Shown here one piece after another: positions 26,448 through 39,982 of a stretch of DNA of 64,000 nucleotides. Under the pieces are notes generated by a model. That model did not search any database and was not told the origin of the DNA. It saw nothing but the letters and a program-made list of their open reading frames with translations. The position numbers and the translations under genes were made by a program. Numbering within the stretch: the first letter of the stretch is position 1; each line of letters opens with the position of its first letter. The stretch lies in NCBI RefSeq assembly GCF_006345805.1, contig NC_042999.1:37138001-37202000 (forward strand), read 5' to 3'. The DNA is from Octopus sinensis. Taxonomy: Eukaryota.

Positions 26448-26688
26448 TAATATATTAAACTTCAAATTTCCGCACTAGGGCACGGAGTTTATGCCCTATG
26501 GTCGTAACTTCAACCGTGCTTTTTCTGTTGTGAGTTTGCTACCCAGGTATCGGTTATCTTTCGAATTATCCGTAATAAGATAATTCATTTGTCTACTTAT
26601 ATATATTATATATATATATATATATAATATATATAAATGAAAGAATGGAGTCGAACGAAGATTTAGGATAATTCATTCACCTACTTAT

Positions 26689-26755
<67 letters not shown>

Positions 26756-26881
26756 AAACACACAACACATAGATAGACACTCACATACGCACACATACAT
26801 ATATGCATATACACACATTCATATTCAAGAATATTCATACATACATATATATGCATGTGTATGTATGCATATATATATGTA

Positions 26882-26960
<79 letters not shown>

Positions 26961-27084
26961 AATCAACCGAAATTGTGAGGATAATCTGGTGCTTGACTGA
27001 AGAAAGAAAACTTCGAATGACCCGTCCTTGTTTTCTTTGTATCGTCTATCTGGATGTTTTGTTGTTCCTTTTTGTATCACTTAG

Positions 27085-27270
27085 AATCGTTAGCATGCTG
27101 GGCAAAATACTTGAGCGGTATTTCACCTGTTCAAATGTCACCGAAGTCAACTTTGTCTTTCATCCTTTCGGGGTCAATAAATTAAGTACCAGTGAGACAC
27201 TGGGGTCGATGTAATCGACTGGTCCCATCCTCCAAAATGTCAGGCCTTGTGTCTATAGTAGAAAGGATTT
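27085..27270 (+). mobile_element. SINE family D variant, diverged
   Basis: tttcatcctttcggggtc core and ggccttgtg..tagtagaaagg tail. Confidence 0.7.
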
Positions 27271-27603
27271 GATTGTTCTGGTCTTAACATTGGTAAGAAT
27301 AGAAGTCATTTGACGACATCTTTTTGTTTGTAATTGGCTATCCTGTTGCAGGTTCAACCCAAGGAATATTGAAATAAAACCCATCTTGTCCATTCCACTG
27401 AATATTATTATTATACTGGAGAGCATCATAAGAGGGATGAGTCTGAAACACGTTTAAGGCTCTTATCTTGAACACGAATGAAACTATCATCATTTTCAAT
27501 GGGATCACCAAGCATAAGGATGGCTACTTCATTCGATGTAGGCTCATTAAAACAGCATAAATGTTCTTTACTATAGTCTACTATAGACGTAATAAACGCA
27601 GAA

Positions 27604-27640
<37 letters not shown>

Positions 27641-27649
27641 ACACACACA

Positions 27650-27685
<36 letters not shown>

Positions 27686-28779
27686 AATTGATATTATTGA
27701 AAACAGCAAAACGCACACACACGAATTTCAAGCGAAACGAAGTGTAGTCTATATAGGTGCAAAACATACTTTCTGTAGCATAGTTATGCTATAAAAAAAT
27801 GTGAAGTCACCAATTTAGCAAAAGTTAGCATGCGTCACCAATGTAAGAAAGGACAGAAAGTCAGCATTTATTTGGAACATGTACTAAATGTTATAAAATT
27901 CACGATTGAATGAATGTCACAGCGAAGAAAGTGAAAGTGCAAGAAAATTCAGAAGGCATAATACAATTTTTCATACAAAAATAATTTATTTTACAATTTT
28001 GAAACGAACGCTGAACCAAGTGTATAGAAAGGAAGATGCTGTTTTTGAACTGTGTAACATTGTAGGCTGTAGAATAAATACTGAATAACGCAGTAAAAAG
28101 GTTGTGCGACGTTGATACTCACAGTGATGAAGAATACAAGGACTGTTAAAAAAATATTACCTTGAAACTGGTTAGAAGGAGTGGAATAACATTTCTGTAA
28201 TTATACTGAAAGAGCCGCTGCGGCTTTCTGCTTCTCCAAGTTTCCTAATTTGTTATAATAACCAGAATGATATATATATTTTTAGATATATATCCGAGGC
28301 AAATCTTCATGTTGGTAGTACTTGAAAGTGAACGTTGTTCTTTGTTTGAAGTCCTGGCCGCAAGTAAACTTTCAATATCGGCGCGTTTCACCGTTGGTGG
28401 TGGTGGGTTACATACATAAACTAAGAGACATACACACACACGTACATTAACGCACACATGAAGCCTATCTATGTCCCTGTGTGTGACTATCTCTGTCTTT
28501 AGATGTGTGTGTGTGTGTGTGTGTGTGTGAGTCGTCACAAAAATGTATGTATACTGACAGACACATACACCGTCACACGCATATACTTGTCACTCATCGG
28601 TATAACGTAGGTAATGAACGTGCAAACAGATTCATATAGAAAAATGTGACGTCATCGTCATTCTGGTGGTGATATAAGATGTCGTTTACGATAGGTAACT
28701 AAAAGAAAAATGATAATGTTAATTTTTTGTAATGCAAATATGTGAATGAAAACATAGTTTAGTTGGCAGCCAAAAGCTT

Positions 28780-28924
28780 AATGAATCTTTTGATACCCTT
28801 ACGTCAAAATCGGCAACTCGGTTTTGGAATGCATAAGGAACACACATACACACACACACACACACATACACAAGCACACACACACACGCACACACGCATA
28901 CAAACTCTCTTTTATAGTTATAGA
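28780..28924 (-). mobile_element. Helitron-like 5' end
   Basis: Minus strand A|TCTATAACTATAAAAG followed by (TG)n and the block shared with 22890-22955. Confidence 0.55.
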
Positions 28925-28997
28925 TAAATATATATGTATGTATATATGTATATATGTATTGTATGTATGTATGTATGTATGTATGTATGTATGTATG

Positions 28998-29028
<31 letters not shown>

Positions 29029-29757
29029 TGAAATGTTTTTTCGAACGTGACAGCGTATGTTAACTGTTACTTAAAACGTACATAACAGCATGTATCTCCA
29101 CCTTCTAATCGTGTATTAAGCATAATTTATCCTCAGATTTTTCTTTGGTATAATGTACATTTGAATGAATTACAGAGCATATATCAAAGAGCAGAACAAA
29201 ACAGGAGATTCGATTAAACTTTTTAATTATAATATCACTAATATAATCTTCACACTGTTTTACTTGTGAATAGTAGTATGCCATTTTGTAATCATTGGCA
29301 GCTCTCAGTCTGGCTCTGCCTACCAACTGACCTTGATAACTAACAATAGATTAATTAGTAATTTCTTCTGATGATCTGGTGTTCCGAGGTAATTATGCAA
29401 CTAGTCTATGGAACAGTTACCGCGTGGCATAGTAGTATACGATAACGAAACACGTGTAGAGATTATATAAAAAAGGTTAACCGAATCTCTCATTTTATTC
29501 TATTTCCATACACATATATATATGTATAAATATATGATATCGAAGACGAAAGAAATCGTAACATCACCTGTGGAATTCGAACGCTTTCTCTGTTGCAAAC
29601 CGTATAAGCTATGCTATCCACTACACAAGAACAGCAGCAGGTCTTTGACCGTCCAATTTAGACTTAAGCTAACCAGCTAAGATTACACATACCAACGACC
29701 TGTCAACGGGGATCTCAATCCACACATTCCGAGGTGTGGTGGTATTTTATATCTATA

Positions 29758-29804
<47 letters not shown>

Positions 29805-30636
29805 TATATAATATTATATATATATATATAATATAATATATTCTTTTATTCTTTTATTCTTATACACACCACATGCATACATATAATAGGAACAAGTATG
29901 ATGATACATAAAAAAGTCTATAAAATTGACGAAAATAGGAAAAATAGTGTTTAAATCTTTAAATCTCATCAAAAAAATTGTTAAATATTAAACCAGCGCA
30001 AAATCTTGTTTCAGTTAGGAAAATGTCTTAGAAAGATAAAATTTAAACAGTGAGAATTCTATAACGGGTAAAAATAAATGAAGAAAGAAAAGCAAAAGAG
30101 AGAGGGAGAGAGGGAGAAAAAGAAAATTTGAGAGCGAGAGAGAGAGAGAAGTGCATGTGTGTTTGTGTGTGTGCGTTACGTTATCTGTAACCTCAATTAA
30201 CCTCAATGGAAACTCTGTAAAAAGTGTTCTGTTTTTCTTATCAGTCATACAACAAATTGGTGGTTTGGCTTTTGAGTGGAAGTTTCTCTTATCAATTTCG
30301 AAGAATGAGGAATGTGTTGTGGTTAGGGTTCTTAGATGTTTGCTTTATCGTCTGTGCCGTAGAATCGAAATCGTGAATACATGTATAATGTATGTATTCA
30401 TGCACAGAGTTTCGCTTCTACAGTTCAGATGCACTCATATATGCAAAAACGAGTAATAGGTTGTTTTGCTCGAGATCGGAGCTTAATCGAGCAAACCTAT
30501 AATAAAGACAATCCGGTTGGGATAATCCAGTATTCTTATTTTTTTGTCTTAGGAACGGTGCATCCAGAATTTGCTCTATGATGGTAGTGTGATTTGGCTA
30601 GTATTTCAAGCGTGTAGACTCCTTCATTGACTTGCA

Positions 30637-30816
<180 letters not shown>

Positions 30817-31040
30817 AGTTGCCATGACTGACCACTAAATCCACAAGTTTTTTTTTTTATTCTCTCTCTTTTTTCTCTCTCTCATTTTACTCTCTCTGTT
30901 TATTTCCCCGTGTTCCTTTCTAGTGAAGAGCGTAGGCTCGAAACATAAAAGACTTTCTCACCTTCCCGAGTGTCAAACTAATACACCTACCTGTTGTTTA
31001 TACACCGGTCTTCGTCTTTTGTTTTTCTGTAAATTTCAAG

Positions 31041-31174
<134 letters not shown>

Positions 31175-31219
31175 CCTGCCCGTCTGCCTACCAGCCTGTC
31201 AGTCTCTCTCTTATATATA

Positions 31220-31255
<36 letters not shown>

Positions 31256-31717
31256 TGTATGTATGTATGTATGTATGTATGTATGTATGTATGTATGTGT
31301 GTATGTATGTATATTGAGTAGATAGGGATAAAATATTCTGGCGGGTACCGCATGGAGCACTCAGTTATAATTCGGGCTCAGGCTAACCGCATCGAGTTGT
31401 AAGGAGCACCTAGGATTAGATAGGGTGATCTTGGGTTCACTTCGTTGGATTACGAATATTTTACTGAGTGTATAGCCAAAACAATTACAATTAATACGGA
31501 AATAAGTACATTTGCATTTTTAAAAATAGTTCTACAGTCAATTATACAGCATATTACATTTAAATTTGTCCGACGCACGTCGGAAACAGGCATCAGACAA
31601 ATTTAAACTAAACATGCTGTAGAGATACAAAAATATGCAGATGTACTAATCACTGCTTTCATTGCAATTGTCTTATATATATATAATATATATATATATA
31701 TATAGATATATATTATA

Positions 31718-31772
<55 letters not shown>

Positions 31773-31867
31773 TCCTGCTTCCATATTTCTGAGCGCCTAT
31801 TAATAATAATACTGTAATTGTTCCATTGTTGTTGTTTTTTTGTTCTCCCGTTTGGATTAAAATTATA

Positions 31868-31930
<63 letters not shown>

Positions 31931-32516
31931 ATATGTATATATATTATATAAAATCCGTCCTGTCTGTCTCTGTGTGTGCCTTCTAGGATCTCGGGCATCC
32001 TCCATCCGATTACGCTCAAATTTGATATGTAGATACCGGCGGTATCAGGGCGTGTATAAGTCTTGAAAAAATAACAAAAATTGATTCCAGGTGAGAATGC
32101 GATCGATTAAGCCGTATGAACGTGCATTTGTAAAATCGTTTTTCTTGGAAAAGAAAAAAACTCCATCTTTCTTTCTTCTTTTGCTGGTGTCTCAAATTTA
32201 GGTTAAATCAGTGTTTCCCAAAGGGGAGGCATATGGGACTGTCGGACAAGTTGTTTTGAGAAAATATGGTTTAAATATTTGACAACTCAGCACCATTCAT
32301 TGGACGGGGGTCGTTTTGCTCGTGTATATATGTTATGATTTGACGGTCAATCGTGCCTTCAAATCAACCTCCGAGAAAGCGAATAGATTGTTATTACATG
32401 GCACGTATAACATCACACGGTATGACGCTTAACATTGTATGAAATATGGAATACAATTATAGTCCCTTTACGGAAACAATTGTAATGTCAATTTGACTCC
32501 TTTAGATTATTACTTA

Positions 32517-32566
<50 letters not shown>

Positions 32567-32809
32567 GAACAATTACAAAGAATAAAGAGACTGGTATATC
32601 TTCAAGTTTTTCTTTTAATTTAACAGTTAGTTATACAGCATAGTTCGTCAGGTCATTTAAACTAACAATGCGAACACGGATTTACCCACCAGAAGAATTA
32701 CAATCGGTTGCTCATACTAAGCTATCATTGACGTTTATTACCACTTGATATGGTTAACTGAAACCTGGAATATACTTGGGAGCCATCACGGTACTCGCTT
32801 GGATAATTT

Positions 32810-32952
32810 GGCTGTGTGGTAAGTAGCTTGTTTACCAACCACATGGTTCTGGGTTCAGTCCCACTGCGTGGCACCTTGGGCAAGTGTCTTCTACTATAGT
32901 CTCGGCCGACTTGTGAGTAGATTTGGTAGACGGAAACTGAAAGAAGCCCGTC

Positions 32953-33015
<63 letters not shown>

Positions 33016-33234
33016 ATGCGTGTGTGTGTTTGTGCGTCTGTGTTTGTCCCCCTAGCATTGCTTGACAACCGATGCTGGTGTGTTTATGTCTCCGTTACTT
33101 AGCGGTTCGGCAAAAGAGACCGATAGAATATGTACTGGGCTTACAAAAGAATAAGTCCCGGGGTCGTGTTGCTCGATTAAAGGCGGTGCTCCAGCATGGC
33201 CGCAGTCAAATGACTGAAACAAGTAAAAAAAGTA
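32810..33234 (+). mobile_element. SINE family A
   Basis: Near full length. Confidence 0.85.
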
Positions 33235-33238
33235 AATA

Positions 33239-33277
<39 letters not shown>

Positions 33278-34750
33278 TAGGTTTTGCGGTAAAATCACTA
33301 GGTTTTGTGGTAAGATGCAATAAGTTTTTCTCGGTAACTCTCAGTAATCAATAAAGATCATCATTTAGTGATGATATTATTGTTTAACCCTAGTCCAACC
33401 GAAATCGAATAGACTTATGAATAAAGACACTTAGATAATTGGGACATGTTCCAAAGTGTTCTTTATTTAAGACACTAAAATGTGATTTGAGCGCTATTTG
33501 GTTTCTATTTTTATAAGGTCGAGCATTGACTGTGTCGTTTGTCTTGTCTGTGGTTTATTTTAGGAGTATGCAGTACTACTTTACTTCATATGTGTACATA
33601 TGTGTATGTATATAAATACATACTTATACATACCGAATTTATGACCGTAATTTCTCTCTTCACACCGTAACAAGCGTTGTACAGCTTTGTTTATTTCATT
33701 GCTGAATTAGACAATCAAGGTATTCGATTAGACCTTTAAATTACATTCTGGTAACTTGAGCACTAGCACTCTCGCTCTTCCTCACTGCTTGACAAAAGAA
33801 ATTTGTCCAAAACGTTAGATTCTTTACGTTTCACCGCAATTGAACTGATCGAACGTTTATGGAATCCTCAGTTGATTAACTGATATTGACGTGAGTCAAC
33901 AATTTCTTTAGAATTTGGATTAAATTACAATTTTTTTTTACCAAAAATCATATAAATTAAATTTTGAATATTTTAATAAAATGAAATACTACTTGCTAAT
34001 TAAAGTTCCGTTTTATAGAAACTTAGTGACAGCTAAATTTTCCAGATAGGAATGAGTTATGTTCTAAACAGTAAAGTGACGTAATTTTCTCAGCTGCACA
34101 ATTATTCTTGCATTGTAGTTTTATATAAAAATCTACTGTCGAGGGCAAAATCTTACGTGGTACTACGGTTCTCGCATAAGAACTCAGCAGCTTTAGGTTG
34201 ATACTATTTAGTATATGTCAACAAGAAAAGGTAACATATATTTTGCATTTTTACTTGAAATTTTCGGTACCTCCATAATTGTTCTGAAACCACTACCAAA
34301 CTTAAGTATTCATAACACGAGATTGGATTTTATTCTGAGCATCATAAAATTCTTTTAAGTAAAGCTGAGTGAAATTATTTTTTTTTATAGATCGATTTTA
34401 AAATGAATCTAAACTAAAGAAACTCAGGTGCAAAATCACCGAAAGTAAACATAGTGAAGCAATGATTTGAAACCTAACCGCTAGATAATCGGTAGACGCT
34501 ACGAGCGAACAACAATAGTTTCATATGATCGGTCGATTAATCGCCCAGTCAGCGTGAGGCTGTTGAGTGATATGGTTTTCTCAAAGTTCTAGAATTTGGC
34601 TTCTGGTACCCTACAAAACCCGTTTGGTGCACGGCTTGAAGTACAGACGACTAAGGACCTTCAGTTGTCATGGAGATTTGTGCAGTTGACTTCGTATATT
34701 TTTGGACTGACCGCAGGTTGTCACACAGATAGCTTTCTATATTTTCAGAG

Positions 34751-34830
<80 letters not shown>

Positions 34831-34852
34831 GTCAGCAATTGTTAATGTTTTT

Positions 34853-35272
34853 GGATCTTTTCGGTTTGAACGGCAGTTTTTTCTAGCGGTGTCATATGAA
34901 ATTGTCACCGATAATTATGACCCTAGTATCGATCTATTACATTTCAATCTGTTTTAGGGTTAGGGTTAGGGGTGGGGGGAAGGGTATCTTTTTTTCTTCA
35001 CAGATGTAAATAAATCCAATCTGTTTCTTAAACGAGGGACATATTCATACGGCACAGAATGTTTTTTTTTACCTCAATAGACGTATTTGATTGGTTGAAA
35101 TTGCAGAAATTGCAGAAAAAGAACAACAAATATCTTACAAACTATAGAATTTTCTCAATAAAGCCAAGAGAAAAATATGTTTTATAAACACATTGTACCA
35201 ATATACGAAGTTTAAAATTTTTTAGTTACCTAGAAATTATGTTAAAAACTGCCGTTCAAACCGAAAAGATCC
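34853..35272. mobile_element. Merlin-like MITE with internal (TTAGGG)3
   Basis: 29-bp TIR GGATCTTTTCGGTTTGAACGGCAGTTTTT with GG termini; 8-bp TSD atgttttt at 34845-34852 and 35273-35280. Confidence 0.85.
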
Positions 35273-36108
35273 ATGTTTTTCATCATAATTAACCAACACC
35301 AAATATCAGCAGTGAATATTTCAGTTAAATGTTCGTGAGTTGCTTTATTTATTATTCATGCAGCCAACAAAAGGTATCTTCATTTACCAGCTCCCCATAG
35401 CTCCAACAAGCTACCTCTCGACAATAACATGTAGCTTTACGAATAAATCCTTTTAGTGGATATGCTCACAGAAATTTCTATAAGTTTACTTGTAAATTGG
35501 TTGTATATAGAGGAAGTTTCACCCGGAAAGAGCATGTTCATTAACGTAGCATTAATTACGAACCGGTTCTGCTATCTTTGAACATTTTGCTTCCGCTGGT
35601 GGCACCAAATGGTTAATTGAAGCAGAGATCTTATGAGGAAATATCAAATACCTAATTTGTTTTCCTAACACAATAATTATCACCAAAAGACGACGAAGGG
35701 AATTGAAGTAGCTCTAAAAGATTCAGTTTATAAAACTTCCTTCGTGCCAGACAAACTTCCTGTTTCAATTTAAAACCTATTTAGTGCACTGTAAAAACAT
35801 ATGTACGGCAGTGTTTTCGTAAACACCTACACACATCAATATATGTGTGTGAGATCATTAACCCTTAGACCTTCACTGGTTTCAGTAATTCGATTATGAT
35901 CGCGCTCCTCTTCGGTGGAGGCAATTGCATCGACCCTAATACTAATGGTATCGACCGCCATATATTTTCTGACCAACAGTAGAATGCAAGCAAAGCGGAT
36001 GCGGGCAGAATTTGAACTCAGAACTCAAAAAGAGCATCACCCAAAACAATACCGAATTTTGCCCTCTGCCATCAGTCATCATAATATTTGTGCGTGCGCG
36101 CTCCCATG

Positions 36109-36177
<69 letters not shown>

Positions 36178-36204
36178 CATAATCATAATAATAATAATAA
36201 TAAT

Positions 36205-36648
36205 ATTCTGCTCAATACCACAGATTTGCTTGTCAGTTGTTTGACCTTAACCAGTTGAGCATGTCCCTTTGTGGCTGACGATATGTGCATCTCTGATCAC
36301 GAGCAGAAGTAGTGGGGGAGCATCATAGCCATGTGTTGAGAGGGATTCTTTGGGGTTTGAATAATTCACCTCTGGAAACATGGGCGGTTCTTTCAACATC
36401 CTTAAACAACCCTTATTCAGGGACCTTTTGAGCGGGATGGGCTACTCAACCTGAAGAAAATTCTAACTGGGCCCCAACTGCAAGGTCATGTGCTGTTTAT
36501 CTTGATATGAGATCACCATGTCGCGCACATATGGTTGTGATGCATGTGCCTGGTGTACCTTTATCAGACGGGTAGTCATGATGGGTATATTGGGCTTCGT
36601 ATATTTTACCCCAGTGTCACTTTGATGGCATGCACTGCTCTCTCACTT
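36205..36648 (+). mobile_element. Probable non-LTR element 3' end inserted in an (AAT)n array
   Basis: About 440 bp of non-coding sequence bounded by (AAT)n on both sides. Confidence 0.5.
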
Positions 36649-36657
36649 AATAATAAT

Positions 36658-36711
<54 letters not shown>

Positions 36712-36732
36712 TGATGATGATGATAATAATAA

Positions 36733-37100
36733 TGAGGTGAGTTGGTAGAAACGTGAGCACGCCGGGCGAAATGCCTAGCGCTACGTTCTGAGTTTAAATT
36801 CCGCCGAGGTCGACTTTGCCTTTCATCCTTTCGGGGTCGATAAATTAAGTACCAGTTACGCTCTGGGGTCGATATAATCGACTTAATCCGTTTGTCTGTC
36901 CTTGTTTGTCCTCTCTGTGTTTAGCCCCTTGTGGGTAGTAAAGAATAGGTATTTCGTAGTTCAAATTCCACCGAGGTCGACTTTGCCTTCCATCCTTTCG
37001 GGGGTTGATAAATTAAGTACCAGTTGCGTACTGGGGTGGATCTAATCGACTGTCTCCCTCTCCAAAATTTCGGGCCTTGTTCCCTGACTAGAAAAGAATA
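36733..37100 (+). mobile_element. SINE family D with duplicated body and two different tails
   Basis: Head plus body, then a second gttcaaattcc..cctttcgggg unit ending in gggccttgt..ctagaaaag. Confidence 0.85.
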
Positions 37101-37622
37101 ATAATAATCCTTTTTACTATAGACACAAGGCTAGAAATTTGGGAAGGGGACAGTCGATTACATCGAGCCCCTCAGTACTCAGAAATGTAACCGCACGTGG
37201 GCTGTTGGTGATTTTCCCACCTTCTTCCTTCTTTCCCTTTTGACTTTCCTGCTTTTCCTGTTTTCACGAAGAGCTATGCGCTAAACGTAAAATAACAACT
37301 CTCTTCTTTCTCCGAGCGTCGTATCGATACATTGCTTGTGCAAAGTCCTTATGCTTGTTTGTGTTTTACTTTTTTTCTCTGTTTATTTTTCTTTGAATTG
37401 ACTATTTACTGCACGCTCACACGTACACCCTCGTCCTTCCGACTGTTTTGGTGTACCTGATTCATGGATCTTTCTTTACCATTGGGTTACATCACCTTAT
37501 TCATTCGTAGTACGCTATTTCCGCACCTGTGATTGTGAATATATATATATATATATATATGTTTGTTTTTTTTTGTTTTTGTTTTTCCAGTTTCAGCTCT
37601 TGAGCTGTGGGGTCGATATAAT

Positions 37623-37942
37623 CGAATTATTATTGCTATATATAATAATATAATAATATGATGATGATGATGATAATAATAATGAGGTGAGTTGGCAGAA
37701 ACGTGAGCACGCCGGCGAAATGCCTAGCGCTACGTTCTGAGTTTAAATTCCGCCGAGGTCGACTTTGCCTTTCTCCTTTCGGGGTCGAAATGATAAAGGC
37801 AAAGTCGACCTCGGCGGAATTTAAACTCAGACGTAGGCTAGCATTTCGCCCGGCGTGCTCACGTTTCTGCCAACTCACCTCATGTTATTATCATCATCAT
37901 CATCATTATTATTATTATTATTATATATAGCAATAATAATTC
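37623..37942. repeat. Fold-back of a SINE D head with its flanks
   Basis: Left and right halves are reverse complements around ~37775-37795. Confidence 0.85.
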
Positions 37943-38143
37943 TCTAAATGAGATATAGACAGTGACTGCTCCATAATATAAGGGATATTAGCCAACTGAA
38001 TATGGCTAGGGACAGGGCAGGGTGGTGGGGGTGTCACTGTTGCATTTAGCCCCAGGCGAACATCAACGTCACCAGATAGGCCGACGCCATCACGGCGTCC
38101 TCTATCTTGCAAAGGGAGATCATTCACCAAGAAGCGGATACCA

Positions 38144-38189
38144 CACACGGACCTAGGTTTCAAGGTGTATTGCCTATTATCAACGTGTG
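38144..38189 (-). ncRNA. Minimal type I hammerhead ribozyme, U3-A8 variant
   Basis: CACACG UUGAUAA U AGG CAAUACA CCU U GAAA C CUAG GUC CGUGUG: 6-bp stem I, 3-bp stem II, palindromic stem III, GUC site. Confidence 0.75.
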
Positions 38190-38499
38190 GTAGGCATCGC
38201 TTCTCGACGAACGACCAACCGTGCAAGATATATATAAAGATTTTCAAGTAAATACATTTACTGATTTCGAAAATCTGTTCGACAGCAATAATAATTCTCT
38301 AAATGAGATATAGACAGTGACTGCTCCATAATATAAGGGATATTAGCCAACTGTATATTATGGAGCAGTCACTGTCTATATCTCATTTAAAGAATTATTA
38401 TTGCTGTCGAACAGATTTTCGAAATCAGTAAATGTATTTACTTGAAAATCTTTATATATATCTTGCACGGTTGGTCGTTCGTCGAGAAGCGATGCCTAC

Positions 38500-38545
38500 C
38501 ACACGTTGATAATAGGCAATACACCTTGAAACCTAGGTCCGTGTG
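38500..38545 (+). ncRNA. Minimal type I hammerhead ribozyme, U3-A8 variant
   Basis: Identical inverted copy; predicted cleavage after C38539. Confidence 0.75.
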
Positions 38546-39253
38546 TGGTATCCGCTTCTTGGTGAATGATCTCCCTTTGCAAGATAGAGGACGCCGTGAT
38601 GGCGTCGGCCTATCTGGTGACGTTGATGTTCGCCTGGGGCTAAATGCAACAGTGACACCCCCACCACCCTGCCCTGTCCCTAGCCATATTCAGTTGGCTA
38701 ATATCCCTTATATTATATATATATATAAATTAAATTAGAGATAAAACCACTATTAGGCAAATCAAACAGTGAAAAACATAAACCAAAACATAAAAATAAA
38801 TTAATATAATATACAATTAATTAATATAATTAATATAATATACAAAATATATAAAATATAATATTTAAAATTTAAAAAATATAAAATCAAATTATCTAAA
38901 TTTAAAATTTTTGATTTATATTTATAAATTTTTATATTTTTTTATATTTTTAAAATTTAAAATTTATAAATTTTTAAACTTTATTTTTTTAATATTTATA
39001 TTTATTTATTTATTTTTCTAATATAACTATCAAAATGGTATTAAAAAGTTTAATATAATATAATAAGTAAAACCACTACGTACGTTTCATGGCCATAACC
39101 CAATTTATATTTATACTGTGAAATTTGATTTAATCCTAAATCTAATTTTTCCCTGTAAGTTTGGATTTACTTCCTAATATTATATATATATATATATTAT
39201 ATATATATATTATATATATATTATATATATATATATATTATATATATATATAT

Positions 39254-39288
<35 letters not shown>

Positions 39289-39625
39289 TATATATATATT
39301 ATATATATATAATTGTTAAAGAGGACAACAAACGCTAAGGCAAGACAAACATCCCAAGTCATAAACGTTATTATTGTTGAGATGTTTATCTTGCCTGAGC
39401 GTTTGTTGTTCTCTTTAACAATTATATATCCGCTATATCGGAAATCTACACTGGTTCCATAACTCCCGTCTCGGCTATGAGCTTGGAGCCCCGGAACTCC
39501 GTTACAGCACTTACCCACCGTACCTAGTCGTTTAGATCACCTGTGAACTAAACTCCCATATTTTGTGTGTGTGTGTGTATATATATATATAATATATATA
39601 TGTATTGTATATATATGTATTGTAT

Positions 39626-39678
<53 letters not shown>

Positions 39679-39679
39679 T

Positions 39680-39792
<113 letters not shown>

Positions 39793-39808
39793 TTGGAAAA
39801 GGATGCGT

Positions 39809-39982
39809 GGCGGCTCCGGCAGAAGGTAATGGCAAACGTCTGCTGACTCTTTCGCCACAACTCTTTCCTCCTGCATCTTGCAGCTCACCTCTGACGGACC
39901 GGCGTCCCGACCAGTGGGGAACCTATACGCCAAGGAAACCTGGAAACCGGCCCTTATGAGCCAGGCGTGGCTCGAGAAGGAA
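39809..39982 (+). mobile_element. SINE family B2-like 3' part
   Basis: ggctccggcag...ggaaaccggccc..atgag; inverted twin at ~41200-41440. Confidence 0.7.

Larger units (their letters stand above)
37929..38716. mobile_element. 355-bp ribozyme-bearing repeat in tandem plus inverted configuration (Penelope pLTR or retrozyme-like)
   Basis: 70-bp direct repeat at 37929-37998 and 38284-38353; 363-bp inverted arms at 37973-38335 and 38354-38716 with about one mismatch. Confidence 0.8.

Noticed and set aside
31561-31605. 10-bp stem enclosing ctgatg...gtc on the minus strand
   Set aside because: No A9, GAAA or stem II; too degenerate to call a hammerhead.
34953-34984. TTAGGG repeats as a telomere or fusion site
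   Set aside because: Only three units, internal to a MITE.
37921-38738. Twin ORFs MKIFIYILHGWSF...
   Set aside because: They arise from the inverted repeat, start at TTG and show no recognisable domain.
39068-39105. Minus-strand GAAACGTACGTA and similar palindromes at ~29446 and ~40103
   Set aside because: Only the 3' half of a hammerhead; no upstream CUGANGA-like core.
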